Shown in pieces: positions 47,404 through 61,321 of a stretch of 64,000 nt of DNA (the stretch's first letter is position 1; every line of letters begins with the position of its first letter). Origin of the DNA: Zygnema circumcarinatum SAG 698-1b (Eukaryota > Plantae > Zygnematophyceae); the NCBI GenBank assembly GCA_037447605.1, contig CM074806.1:2108001-2172000 (forward strand), in the 5' to 3' direction. A program made the position numbers and the translations under genes. A model generated the notes under the pieces. That model was not told where the DNA came from. It searched no databases and saw only the letters and a list, made by a program, of their open reading frames with translations.

Positions 47404-49542
47404 ATGAGAGCCCAGGGATGCAAACGTGCTGTGCATCATCTGAAGTCGAGTTTCGTTGTCGGAGCCGAGTTTTACAGGACGCCCAGGAGAAGATCCTTTG
47501 CCGCGCTGGCAACATTGCGACCTGTGAAAGCTTATGCAGAGTGGACCCCCGGCACACCTGCTAAGAGAGAAGATGAATTCTCCCTGGGAGGGGGGAAGGG
47601 ATCTCACACCAAGGGAGGGGTGGCACGACCCCGGGTTCGTGTAGAGTGGCACAAGGCGATGAGTCAGGGCTCCGGCTTGGACGGTCAGTCGGAGGAGCCA
47701 CGGACTCGGCTTGCTGGCGGAGCGAATGCTGTGGCAAAGCACATGGGGAAGGTTGGGGTGTACGAGCGCATGGGCAATGTGTCCTTGGCATCGTTCAGCT
47801 CCGGATTACTTCCACAGAGACAGCGGCGGAAGGTGGACATTGCGAAGATGCTCTCTCAGATGTTGCCATATGTGGTTGTGGCCACAGCAGTATTGGCTCT
47901 ACTGCAACCGGGTACCTTCTCGTGGTGCGTGAGCTGTGTGGTTGTCGGGTTTTGGGGGGAGAGGCTATTTGTGTAGGCAAGTTGGCCTGCTTTCGTACTG
48001 GGGTTTCCTGCACTGGAAATTGATTTTTTTTTATCTTCTTCTGCTGGTGCGACAATTGCGCTAGCAGAATACGTGGGGGGGGAGCTGTTATGATGTTTGC
48101 TTAATGGCGTCAGTGTACGGAGTTATTAGCACTCTTACGTATTAACTTCCTCGTCCCCTTGTTGTTTGCAGGTTTAGCAAAAAGTACTATGCTCCAGCTC
48201 TAGGCGGCATCATGCTTTCTATCGGGATTCAACTCTCAGTTGCTGACTTTATCCTTGTTTTCCGAAGGTAGGATACTCTGGAGAGAAAATTCCTCACAGA
48301 AAGATTACACAAATGCCAGAACTGAGTATCAGATCTCGAATGTTTGAATAGCAGCAAACTCTGACTCCTGTAAAATCTTACTCATTGTTTGCATGCTAAA
48401 GCTCAGCCGTGTAGGAACTGTCCGCAGGGTTGTATTGGAGTTAACCTAACCCCCCGTCTCCTTCTCCCTCCCTATCTCCCTCCTCCCCTGCAGGCCCCTG
48501 CCCGTTCTAGTCGGCTTTGCCGCCCAGTACGCCCTGAAGCCCCTCCTCGGCCTGGCCGTGGCCGCCGCCTTCGCAGTTCCCCCCAAGTTCTTTGCAGGAC
48601 TTGTGCTGACTGCCAGCGTGGCGGGCGCACAGCTGTCGAGCTACGCCACCTACTTAGGGGAGGGGGATGTGGCCTTCAGCATTGTGCTGACGAGTCTCAC
48701 CACCATCTCCAGCGTGGCCATGACTCCGCTGCTCACTCATCTCCTCATTGGGGCCGTCGTGCCAGTGGACGCTGTGGCCATGGCCAAGAGCATTTTGCAG
48801 GTGAGGAAATATCGAACTTTCGACACAAACTTAATGTAGAAAAACCTGTGACTTTCGTCGAGGACAAGCCGTGGTCTAAAATTGTCTTGTCTCCTATTGC
48901 CAGGTCGTTATCTGTCCTGTGCTGGGGGGTTTGGCACTGAACACGTATGCGCGGCCGCTGGTGGACCGCGTGCGGCCCATCATGCCGCTCATGGCCCTCG
49001 CCTGCACCTCCCTCTGCATCGGCAGCCCCCTTGCTCTCAATCGGCAGCTGCTGGTCTCCATGGACGGCCTGCGCCTGCTTCTCCCAGTGCTCACCTTCCA
49101 CATTTTGGCTTTTACCTGCGGCTATTGGCTTACCCGCGTGGGGCCATGGAGGTGAAAGCTTTGCATGTTTCACATCTTCATTTTAGTTACCTATGCTCTG
49201 TTGGACTAGAGAGGCAGCAGTCTGGCGACGGAAATCGTCCAATTCCTAGCTCTGACGTGGGAGGTGAACCATTTGGTGGGGGCTTGCAGGCAAGACGAGA
49301 GGATGTCCCGCACGATCTCCCTCTGCACGGGCATGCAGAGCTCAACGCTGGCCATGCTGCTCGCCTGCCAGTTCCTGGGGGCCACGCACTGCCTGCCGCC
49401 GGCCTGCTCGGTGGTGGTCATGGCCCTCATGGGCCTCTCGCTGGGGGCCTTCTGGGGGAAGGGCGGCCGCGTAGCGGACTGCCTCAGGCCGGACTGGGGA
49501 CTGCGCCTGCAACCAAGCTGCGGGGAGGGAGCGGGAGTGTGA
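47404..49542 (+). CDS. BASS3: Plastid bile acid:sodium symporter family protein, BASS3-like; exons 47404-47924, 48172-48267, 48494-48800, 48904-49151, 49290-49542
   Basis: YAPALGGIMLSIGIQLS, AQYALKPLLG, GAQLSSYA, VPVDAVAMAKSILQV, CTSLCIGSPL, SRTISLCTGMQSSTLA and ACSVVVMALMG match the plant BASS3 subfamily as remembered. Long transit-like N-terminus; the exact start codon is uncertain. Confidence 0.93.
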
Positions 49543-50895
49543 GAGTGTGAGAGTGTGAGAGGGAATAGGACATGGTTCAGTGACGAGAAGTCGCCGCTAC
49601 TCCAGGGAATCAGAAGTGTAGCAATCACATTCTGCGGGTGGTTCAGACAGGGCTGTTCGTGGGTTCAAAGGACCGTATGGATGGTTGTGACGCAGTTGCG
49701 ATGGGGGCAAAGACAGTGAGGGAGAGTGATCCTGAGGTGAAGGGGCGAGGGGGATCGGGAAAGAGATTCTATAGAGTTGGAGAAGTTACTCGAGGTGAGA
49801 TGAGGGCAACTTGCTTTAAAGAGAAAACAAAAAGTCCGAGGAGGACAAGAAGAATGGGCAGTTGGAGATTTTGACAACTCTGCAAGATTGAGTCTTGGTT
49901 TGCCAATTGACCAAGACGCTATCACAGTACAACGTCTCTCTATTCGGTATTGGAACTCTACCGCGGCATGACTACTACACGCACCAGCTTGGGTGATACA
50001 TGCTGGAAAGGGAGGATGTTACCATTAACTTAATCTGGATAGCAGCGTCCTGCGAGACTTGTAGTTTTGGACTTCGAAGATCCGAAAGTCTTCTTTTGTT
50101 GGAGTGGTAATAAACACGAGATCACGAAACGATAGAGCCACAACTGGGCTGCTGGGAGAGCTGGTGGGGAAACTCACTCAGAAGCAAGACATTCGAATGG
50201 CTGGGGATGGGGTATACATAGACTATACCGTCGCTTGTATAGGCAGGGAGTGTTCTGAACAGTCTGTTGTACTTTCAGTGAGGTGTAACAAACCGTGGTT
50301 GATTGTCAAGTCAGAAAGAAAGATTTAGTTGGATATAGAGTGCTGAGTGGAGTATTTCTTCGTATGACCGTAAAAAAACGGACCCGTGGCTTGGAGAGTA
50401 GAAGGGCATGTCTGCCTCCCTCTAGGACTGCCCAGTTTTGAAATATCTTAGACGGCGTCTCTCAATCATTGTGTATTTGAAAGACGTGTTGTGAGTAAAG
50501 GAGAAGTGAAAGTATTCTGTGAGTAAATGGTCTCCTTGTAACCAATTGTACAATTTCATGGGCAGCCAATGGTGTGATTGCTTGTGGTGTGTGGTGATTG
50601 CTTTGATATCTGTGGAAAGAGCGAAGAGTAACATGAGCAAAGTCTCTCGCTTGCCGACGTATTGGCGTTGTGGCATACCTCGACAAGCATCCATTCATCC
50701 ATCCGAATCCTCGCTCGACCTCAGACTCGACCCTCTTGCTCTTTGAGGTAGTCGTCTTTTTCCCGGAATTGGTCGTCCGGTCGGTCGCCGAACCTGCATC
50801 GCCCGAGGTCGAGGCCGAGGCAGACGATCGCGGGCGGGCGGGTGCGCAGCAACGATGGAGGTGGCCTTCAAACCTTGACGGGCGCAGGAGCAGCC

Positions 50896-53800
50896 ATGGC
50901 TGCCGCGAGGTCGGCAGCCCTCCGCGGGCTGGAGGAGCGGCTGCAGGCGGCGCACCCCGCCGTGCAGCGGCGCGCTGTGGAGGCCATAGCCGAGCGGCTG
51001 AAGGCGGGGGTCGATCCCGAGGGCCGCGCGGCGCTCGCGCGCTGCCTCGCGCACGGCAGCGCGGAGGTGGGGGACCAGGCGGTGGCGGCGCTGGGCTCGC
51101 TCGTGCAGGGAGGCGCCCTCAGCCTGGAAGAAGGTGCGCTTCTGCTTCTGGGAGGGAGGGAGGGAGGGCGGCTGCAGCTTGAACGGCCGAGTCAAGGTGG
51201 AATTAAAGAAAGCAGTTAGGCAACAGCATCACGTTGCATTTACGAACTTATTTACGAATTTAAAGCTTGATCAAGACGAGAAATTGTAAAGTACACCTGG
51301 AACTAAAGAAATGAGATCACGGAATCGAGCACTAGCACGTTTAAGACTAAAGCTAGCGAAACTTTAAACTTAATTATGTTTAAGTAAGTTTAAGTTCTAG
51401 TTTAACCAAAGTGTTTGGGTTTGGAATTTATCTGAGTGAGCTTTCCTTTGTACGTTTTTATTTATTTCCTTAAACTGCTGACATCGCTACATGCGGCAGC
51501 TCTCACTCACAGTAATTGAAAAATTTGAGGCAGCAACTACCAAGCGTTTTTAAGCACCCTTTCCGAAGTTGAAGTAATGACAACAAGTTTTTTGCTAAAA
51601 CAGTGTTTAAAGTTCAACCCATTTGTTTGTTTCAGCTCATTGCTGACTCCTTGTCGCACCGCGGTTTGTAACGCACGCGAAATTGCCTTGCCTGTACTGT
51701 GAACGAGGATGGAACTGTCGAAAATCGCTTGAATTTCCTTCTCTCTCACTACTGTAGTTTGTACTCCTTGTTAGAAATAAATACACATTGCGAACCATTA
51801 CTCAAGTGCTCGCCTCAGAATGCCGAAATACGATCAGTCATTTGTTGATCTTCCTAGCTGAATTCGGCAAGTCCCCGAATTGTCACAAGGGAAGCGGCAA
51901 GGGTAGATGAGGTGTATGCATTTTGAAGGAATGCACTGCTTCATGCCCGAAACACTGCGACTCAAATCCGTAGAGCACATTGGTTTTGTTTTTGGCGATT
52001 TCTTGCTTGCAAACGTTATCTTATCAGGTAAGCGGATAAAACAGGTCTTACAAGTGTTAAGGTCGGCAAAATTTGACATTGGCCTTTCCCTTCTGTGGCA
52101 GGGTTAGCTCATCTTCTCGCTGCTCTCTCAGGAGTTCCATCGGAATCAGTTCCGTCAATTGTCAACGGAATTGGTTTTCTTTGTCGACTTCGCCTCATCC
52201 AACAGTTGGAGGACGAAAGGCAAAGATCACTTCGGCAGCCACTGACCGGCCCTGACAGCCCCAATGACTTAGACATATTTGCTCAACAAAAGGGAGCCTC
52301 AGCACCCCATCCGTTTACAACGGTGCTGCTCTGTCTTGACCCTGCATTAAACCGGATGAGGTTCATATCTTTTTCAATTCTTGACAAGGGACTGGCTTCA
52401 CATTTCCAAGAAAAACATCCTGTTCTCTTTCCGCTTATCGAACTGTTCTCATTGGTCACTTAATCATCTACTTGTGACTTCCATTCCTGGAAACTTGTAG
52501 CAGCTGTCTTCCTTCCCGGTATCACTCCAGATTTTGGAAACATGAAAGACTTCAAGCATGTAATAGAAGCGTGCTTTCAGGCTCTAACACTCGCAACAAA
52601 CACCCATGCTTCTTTATTTTGACAATAAATTAGTCTCATTAGCGTACTTGAGTTCTTGATGGGTACTTCAGCGATCTCAGTCAAGTGTTCTATCTCCCTA
52701 GCGCCAAGTGAAACTTCAGCTCAGAAACAAATCCTGTTCATGCTTTCACATTCACTGTTCAAACCCGATTCTGATCCTCCTTCGCTTTATTTTAAGCAGG
52801 CCATATTGACTCGCGTAGAAGCTGGGTCCGAGATTCTCCGGCAGTTGGCGGTCCTCCTCCTGCAGGCCCCCGACCAGCTTAAGGCGCTGCAGTCCGTGGA
52901 GGTCTTCCTCTCGCGGGCCCTCCTTGAGCGGCAGGAGGAGGGAGAGGGAGGAGGGCAGCCCCTCTTTGCGATCTCCCTGCACTCCTCCCTCGTCCGAGTG
53001 GCTATAGCCTCTCCCACACTTTCACTGCCGATCCTTCGTCTACTTGTTCTCTGCCTGCCCAAGTACAGGCTGCGCACATATGAGGTCCGAGCCTTGTCTG
53101 GGATGAACTGAGGAAGGGCAGAGGAAAAGAAAGCTCGGTTGTAAACATGGGCCTGACTAGAGCTGTTTTTCAGCGATTTTCCTGACTGGAGGATTGGCTT
53201 GCAGGATAGGACTTTTGCAGCATTTGCTGGAGCTGAGACTGTTGACCTGCTGGTCGCATTAATGGATGCAGGCCAAGGTTTTACGGAGGTAAGATTCCCT
53301 ATCGCCCTGAAAGTGAGGATTGTTTATACCTTAGGATAAATGGAGCTGTGGCTGTCAACCTTCTGATACTGCATGCGGGAGAGGGCTTGTTCATCCTTTC
53401 CCATGGCTGGTGGGGCATGCAGGAGTTGACTGTCCGTGGGAGGGAGGCACTCTATGTGTTGTTGGGCCTCTGCCATGAGCTTCAGGGCTATGGAAGCACT
53501 TGTCTGCCGCTTCTTGTTCATGTTCGCAGAGTAGTGCGACTCCTGCTTGAGTTTGGAGACTCTGAAATGTTGGAGCTTTGCAGGCAGCTGCCCTCTCTGG
53601 GGTTGCTGCTGGGCAGGGCAGGGACGGAGGGAGAGCAGCTCGCAATTCTCACTTTGATGGAGGACATTGTCGGAACACACGCCGGTGAGCCCTCGGTGAG
53701 CGCATTCCCGCTGCCCCTTGGTCAACTCTCGGAGGGAGGTTCGCTGACAGTTGCAATTAGATACTGTTTCGCAAGACTTGTGGTCACGTCAGAAAGGGCT

Positions 53801-56800
53801 GTGGGGGGAAATGCGGTCAGTACTGCATGAGAGGCTATGCAGATTGTCGATGTGTTCAAACTTTCCGATGGGGTACTCCAGGTAAATTTTTGTAGGGATG
53901 AAGCAGATGAAGTCCATAGTGTCAATGACTAAATGATTAGATCAGTATGTGATGAATTTCGAAACGTTGCTTAAGCTATGTTGGACTGCTGGTGCAGATT
54001 TGAAGCAAGACGGCAACCAATTTCTGCCACTTCCTTTGGCTGCCACATGCTTGTTTCCTATTCTCCATATGACTGCATTTCCTTCAGTTCGAGTGAACGC
54101 AGCGGCTGCCCGGCTGCTGAAACTGTTCCAAGTGCTACTGTTGGCTGCCCGAAGCAAAGCTTCTGCGGCCATGGCCTCTCCTTCAGAGGCGGAAGCAGGG
54201 GGACGCGGACCGCAGCAGCTGGCCCGGGCAGTGGGACACGTGTCCACCTCCCTGTGGCTGAACAGGTCCCCTGTGGAGACTTGGGTTTCCCTTGCAGGAG
54301 CTGCTGAAGCTGAGGGTTTAGGCTGGGCGCACAGCCCTGCGGAGAGGTGGCTGGAGGCGCTTGTGAGGCATTTAGGGCGGAAAAAAGAAGCTTTGAGAAA
54401 GGCGGGAGGGAGGCTGAGTGCAGGAATTGGCCAGGATGCAGGTGCGTGAGTTGGCGACTGCCATTGAGGGAAAATATCTTACCAGTTTTCTACTTATTGG
54501 AGTATCTCATCTCATCTCATCTCATCTCATCTCATCTCATCTCATCTCATCTCATATGTTCCCTTTCCTATGGCAGGCACAGTCATGGGTGTGGGAATGG
54601 TCCTGGTCTCCGCCGCGGCGTGTCCCTTCCCCTTGGTCCGAGCAGGGGCGGCGGCAGCCATGGCGGCGCTGGGGGAGGCGGAGCCGCTGTGGGGGGCCTC
54701 CCTGCTGCCAGCTGTCCTCTTCTGCCTCAGCCTGGAGGAGGCCCCGGGGGGGGAGGAGACGCCGCGCAGCCACGTGGCGCTCCTGCGGGCGCTGCCGTCG
54801 CTGGCCTGCCACGTGGCAGTGCTGAGTCCCACAATGCAGGCCTTGCGGCCAATGATGGACCACACAGCGCCTCTGTACGCCATGTCCATACTTATCCGCA
54901 CCAAGCTACAAAATCTGCTTCCTGAAAGTCTTAGAACAGGGGAAAGCAGAAACAGAAGGAACATAGAATGGGCGATCCTGCACACAACGTCAATCTAAAA
55001 CATGTCCACAGCCATTTCCTGATTGTCTCCTTCGTTTTGTTAAAGGAAGCGGGCAGAATCTGTTGTCGGTGGCTCAAAGTGTTGGGGTTTCGGGGTTTTG
55101 GGTGCAGGGAGCTGCAGGTGGTCGGAATCAGACTGCTTTGCAGCGTGTGGTCGAAAACGGACCGCGTATTTCCGCAGTTGGAGAAAGTGCTTGCGCCGCC
55201 GCTGCTGGCCAATGAGGGGGCGCCAACAGTGCTTCGATTCGCACGTGCCGCCTGCATTCGGAACGTGTGCTTGCAAGACTCGGGGCGGGGGGTGGACCTG
55301 GTCCTCTCTGTTCAGGTGGGTGGTGCCCGGAATCAACTGTGATGTGTAGCAAGTCGATGTGGTGTGAAAGCTGAGTTGAAGTCACCCGATCTCCATGTGG
55401 GGTTGAACTCATTCTGGGAGCAATATGCTGTCACTTTGTCCAGCCTTACCATCATGCATTATCGTTCCTTGTCAGATTAACAATCTATTTGGAATCCGAA
55501 CACGTCCTTATTCACAGGACTACGCGACGATGTGCAGGAGTGCATAAAGCAAGAAGACCCGACAATCCGAGCGTTGGGCTTGGACAGTCTTGCTCTCCTT
55601 TGCAAGGATGACGTCATTGGTGAGTGCCCATGCATTGTACCCAACTCGTGCCGCGTGTCCCTTTCCCATTCGACCATGTGTCGGCTGCGCTACCCCGAAT
55701 GACCCTCCCTTTTCAAATGTGCAACAAAACTGTGCAGATTTTTACACGGCTTGGCGGGTCATTTCTAAACTCCTGCCTGAAGTGCCTAAAAACCCTCTCG
55801 TGGCTGCCCCTTTCTGCGGATTACTTGAGTTCGGAGCTTTAGATGCAGCTGCTTTTCCGCAGCACGCTGAAGAGGTGATAGAAAAGGTGTGGGAGGCAGC
55901 AAACAGAGAGTCTCCGGAAGGTGATGGCGACCAATGGGGTCTTGTCCGAGCCGCAGCTTTCCAAGCCCTCGCTGCGTACAATGTAAGGGTGGATGCGGCT
56001 CCTCAACTGAGCAATCGCGAGGGTAAATGGGATGATGCTCTGTTTGTGATATAAGCTGCGAGTTTGTTGGAGTGCTTGTCACTGTGTTATTTGGTATGTC
56101 TGTCGGGATGCTGTTGAAATCATATGTCTTGCTTCGTCTACTTTGGTTCGACGACAGATGGAGCATCTTGAGGAATTCTGCCCTTTTCGTCCCAACCAAG
56201 TAGTGGCGCTACTTCTCTCGGAGCCCTCCCTTGCAGCTCGAGCAGCGGCCGAGAGGCTGGTGATAAGTCTGCTGGAATACGAGTTCAGGTGAGGAAAACT
56301 AAAAAAAAAACAAAAAAACGAAAACTAATTAAATTGTGGTGGATAAGTTTACTCTGCGGCTGGGTATGGCGGAAGGGAGCATTCCTCCTTGCAGGACGCG
56401 GAAAAGAGGAGCTGCTCGTGCCGGTCCCACTGTCCAAAGTTTGAAGTTTCACAAACTCATCCAAGCCCTCCCACGGCTTCTGTGCCCCCCTGCAGAGGGA
56501 GGGGCCGCTGGAAATCAAACTTCTTCGGCAGGTATTTCTTCATGTCTCTCTTCTACCCACTCCGCTGTACCTGTTTGACATAAGTTGTTGTTGAGTTTGA
56601 ACCCTATTTCCTGATCCTTGCAACCGCCTATCTTCAATGAAATGGCTGCAGGTCCTTCCCTCCCTGCCGCTTTCCTCCTCTGTTGGAGACCGTCCGAACC
56701 TCCCCCGGCAGAGACCGGGGCAGGCCCTCAGGGTTTAAGGCAGCTCAAAGAGGTTAGAACGACCCGAATTCTGGCTACACCTTTTCTTCCTCCTTTACCG

Positions 56801-59800
56801 ATCCAAGTTAAAGAGTTCAAAACATAAAGTGTTTACGGCAGTATATTGGGACTTTGGTCACTTGCGTGGCAGGCTAGGAGGGTTCGAGAGCAGAAGTTCG
56901 GCGATCTGCTCTCCGCTGTATCCAAGCAGCTTACATGGGCCGGGGAACGGTATCTTGACTTGGCGGCACTGCACACGTGGCAAGCTTTTGTGCCTCGTTG
57001 GTTCGAAGCCAAGGTGGACAGAGTGCTTGCTGACCTCCCGGGGAGCAGCGCATCCATGGCGGCAGCAGTGGCAGGGAGGGAGGCCATGGAGGAGCTGCAG
57101 AAGACCTGCACAGAGGGACTGCCAACAGCGGCAGAAAATGCGGCTTTAGGGCTCGGAGCCTTGTGCCAGGTGGCTCTCTCTAACCATTCATCCATATCCC
57201 CATGAGCAATGCAATCGACACCTGCATCTTGGCTCACTCTCTCTCACTCTCTCCTACTGCTGCTGCTGCTGCGGGGTGGTGGTGGTGGTGGGCATCAGGT
57301 GCTGCCCCCTGAAGCCCACCAGATCGTGTCGGAGGGAGTGAATTTCCTCACAATGCAAGTGGAAAAGAGCGGCAGCGAGTACGCCACGTGGTCGGCAGCC
57401 ATGGCTCTGGGAGCTGCCTGCGGGGCCCTCCACCCCACAGAGGGGGAGCGGAAAGCACGTGTGGCGACCATCCTGGGGAAGGTGTGCCCCTGCCTGCCTG
57501 CCTGCCACGTGTCTGCCATTTCTGTACCCCTGAAAGCGGGTCAGAGGGTCTGCCGGCTCACACATTGGGGGGTGAGGGAGAGGGGCGGTGCAGAAGTTGG
57601 CGGAGAAGGAGAGTGGGGGGAGGGTGCGGTTCGCCTGCGGGTGTGCTCTTGGAGGGATTGCGTCGTCACTGCTGCCGCCAATTGGGGGCTCTGATGGGTA
57701 TCCATTCGTGGGTCAGGCAATGGACAGCTATGGCGAGTGGGAAGAGAATCTCATTCTTTCTATAGTTCGGGACCTAATTGCACAGCTTTATCGAGACTCT
57801 GAAGCATCTCGCCGAGGTCTGAGGCAGGTTGTGGGAAATGCGCCTGCTGGGTGGGGGCTGGAGATGGCAGTGAAGGATGAGGAGGAGGAGCAGGTTGAGG
57901 GGCCATTCGAGATTAAGGGAGAGGGGCAGAGGAGGAAGGTGGAGGATGAAGAGGATGACTGGGGGACAGCTGGAATTGTGCTGGGTTTGGGGTTTTCCAT
58001 GAGTGGGTGTATGAGGGTCAAGGGCCATTCTCTGGTGAAAGCCCTTATTAATGTGATGTTTGAGTGGCTTCCTTGTTGTGAAGACTCGGAAGATAGCAGG
58101 AAAGACGACCCACATTACCATGTAAGCAGGAATGCTGGGCTTTCTACGGGAGCTTGTTTGGCATGGCCCTCTTGTGTGGCAATTGGAGTTAACCTGGAAA
58201 CGATGGACAGCGCTATTTTCGACTCAAGCTGTGAGCGGCTACTTCGAATCTCCACTGAAAGTCAAAGAATGTCAAATGCTCCCAAAAGCATCCCACGTTT
58301 GCCGGATGCGCCCGCCTACATCCGTGCAGTGTCGTTAGTGGCCCTGGGCTCTGCCCTCCACGAAGCTTTATCGAGGGGTTACCCCATGCCATTGGAGAAA
58401 GTGCGAAGGGCGGTGGAAGCCATGGCTGCTGCGAGCGGCAGCAAACAAGACGCAGCTGTCTGTGTGAGAGCAGGTGCAATGGCCCTCGCGGCAGCCATGG
58501 GCGCTCCTGTACTGTCTCCTCCTCCTCTGACAGAACAATGGGGGGGGGTGGGGAGGGAGTTGAGACATGGAGATGTTGCGATGGTGGGAGGTAGGGATGG
58601 GCAGAGGCTCGGCTTAGGAATGGTGTTTGGACCGCTGCTGCTTGAAGCAGCTCTGGAGGAGGATGTGAGGACCGCCATTCAGCGGATGGTGGAAGGGTTC
58701 AAGGGGGGGAGAGAGCAGCGCATGTGCAGACACGTGGCATGGAGTCTGGCCCTCTGCCACGTGGCGCTTCAGAGTGTGTGTGGGGGCGGGAGGAGCCCCA
58801 GCGCTGTGGCGGGAAGAGGGGGGGAGGACGGGGGTAGGGTTTTAGCGGGAGGAAGAGGGGAGGAGGGGGTTAGGGTTTTAGCGGAAGGAAGGGGAATGGC
58901 GGGGACGCTTGAGGGTCTTCCGGAGGAGGGAGCCCTGCGGGCCCTCGTGGAATGGCTTCTCAAGCTGGCTGCATTACGGAAGGTGCGAACCTTTAGGGAT
59001 ATGTATATTCAATGCAATTTCTGCCTTTCTGTCATTGCTTTCCAGTTGTTTCTCTATTCTTGTAATTTGGATTGAACCGTTTTTTTCTGGAATTTGGCTT
59101 GTTCTGTAGGTGGACCCGGCAACCTGCGATTCCATTTGTTCTGCCCTTCACTGTCTCGCGAGAGCGCCACGTCTGCCAGCTGTCGACTGGTCAGGAATGA
59201 TCCGTCAGCTCATGCGTCAGCAAGAATGGCTTCGAGAAGGTTCAAGAGTGCAACCCATGCAAGTGAAAACAGAGTTGTTTGGTGCATTGCGTGTTCGCAT
59301 AGCGTGTTTGGACTTCGCTGCAGCGCAGGCTTCAGCTGTCCCATCACTTGCAGCAGTCCTTGACGGAGTTGCGAACTCTTCACGGCTCACTTCCGCAGAA
59401 ATCCCGTTTCAAAAGTGGGTTTTACAGCACATGGCAAAGCTCGTACTCGTGTTTTCGCAGGCCCGGTCGCGGCAGCTTTTTAAAGATGTCTGGGAACTTG
59501 TGGCAAGTTCCAGTTTGATAGAGTGGAAAAGTGTTGGACCACAAACATTAGGGTTTAAGAGAGCAGTCGAAAACGAAGAGTGTGAGGGTGGAGGAGCTCT
59601 CCCTCAAGCTGTAGGGAAAGGTCTTCGGACAGCGCTTTGGAAGGGGGTGGCAGATTGCTTGGCGGTTGAAACTCCGCCGCTTTCAAGCGACCAATCCGGA
59701 CCATCTATCTTTTCTTCGTTGAGGAACGACCTTTTGCAATGTGCCTCAGATCTTTTTGGTTTGCTGCCTCTGCCAAGAAAGAAGTGGAAACATGTGGGGT

Positions 59801-61028
59801 CCAGTGACACGGAAGACAGCAAGTATCACTGTCGAGGTGGGGGGCAGATATGGCCTGTTGTCTGCAGTTCAGAATGGCGGAGTGCAGTCGACTGCTTGGC
59901 GAATGCAGATACGGAATGGACTCTCGAGCTCCTCAAGGTTCGTTTGGTGAAAACTGAACTTGTTAGTTGTGGGTTTGATGTGCGGGATGTCGAATGGCCA
60001 GTCTATTTTAAGACTGAATCCTCACCTGATTGTCTTGTGCAGCTGGAAGGCGTGTCAAGGTTCTCTGCAATCCGAGCCATTGCTATGCGCTCTCTCCTCG
60101 TGCAGAAGAACGTTTTACGACCATCGGAGCTGAAAGGGTGTTTGGTGTGGCTAAACAATCAGCCCGAAGGTGAGCAATTCACTCCTCTTTACTCCTCCGA
60201 CGATGAAAATTTTGAAAAAGAGTAGCAAATGAATCTGCAGCAGTGATGCCACATTGCCGGCTTCGTTGTAAATGGCATATGCGGTTTCGATGCCCTATTG
60301 AATGTGCTTGGAGACGCCCTATTATCTGCAGAAATCGACAGCCCATGGCTGCTCCTCCTCCTTGCCGCAGCTCTGAAGGATGTAAAGACAGCAGAACAGA
60401 AGCAGTGGCTGTTGGATGCTCTCGACATGGCATGCATGTGCGCCAATCCTTGCCTGGTATGGCTCTCGTTTTTATCGCGGCCCCTTTTTGAAAGGGGGGT
60501 GAGTGCAGTTTTGCGTGGTGCTCTTTCATCTTCATTTCAAAACTGAAGCTAACAGGGTGCTTTTGGGAGTGAACCCAAAAGCACAAATGCAACGTGTTGA
60601 ACCTGCCTTGTAACACACGCGACCCAAAAGTGATGAGAACGGGTCGGCTTCAACTGTGAAAGTAGCGTACCCTTGTTGACAAAACCACTGCATGTAGCAG
60701 ATTGTTGACGTTTTTGCTTGCCTCGCAGGCTCTCAACTTGGTGGCCCTCCTTGTAAGTGCGTGGTGTGAGGCTTCGCTTGTCCTCCCCGTGAGCCCATCG
60801 GAAGCCACTGACCACTTGGCTTACGGACTCGCGACGCTTCTTTCAGCGGAAGTATGGGCTTCTCTCCGGGAAGTGGTGGCCCAGAAGTTGGTCAAATTGC
60901 TCCAAATCATTCAAACCGGCGCCCTGCAGAGCAAGCGTGAGGACACAGTGCAATGTCTCATTTCTGCCTTAACAGCCATCCGCCATCACCTACCCAATGA
61001 TGCAGCTGTTCGCTTGTACGCGGTGTAG
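50896..61028 (+). CDS. RST1: RST1/focadhesin family large ARM-repeat protein (DUF3730), many exons; last exon ends at 61028
   Basis: N-terminal LEERLQAAHPAVQRRAVEAIAERL, then LLRALPSLACH, IRLLCSVWSKTDRVFPQLEKVL, ARAACIRNVC, ALGLDSLALLCKDDV, AAENAALGLGALC, CSALHCLARAPRLPAVDWSGMIRQLM and KQWLLDALDMAC. Not every internal splice site was resolved. Confidence 0.9.
54506..54555 (+). repeat. (CTCAT)10 microsatellite in an RST1 intron
   Basis: Read directly. Confidence 0.95.
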
Positions 61029-61321
61029 GTCACATGGCGGAACTTGTGACCGGTTGACATTTGCACTAAGATGTTATTTTCACAAAGGGAGCTCTGCATG
61101 TGAGTCGCTTGTCAGCCTATTGTTTGCTTGCGGATGGAGGTGGATGAATCTGAAGGTCAGTAGATAGCTATGTGTGAGGACATGGCGAGTTGGACGGTTC
61201 CAATTGCAATTGTTTTGATTGGGTCTCACAGAACCTTCACGGGACGCTTGTGTGACAACGTTGAAAAGGAGTGGTAAGACAGTTAAACCAAGCTTTAACC
61301 CATCTGCGCAGGGTGTACGTG

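Noticed and set aside
54860-55130. Possible non-canonical splice in RST1 (YAMSI joining RLLC)
   Set aside because: A canonical GT-AG solution (CCTCT|GT ... CAG|GGAGCTG) keeps the frame, and no U12 consensus is present. It cannot be decided without transcripts.
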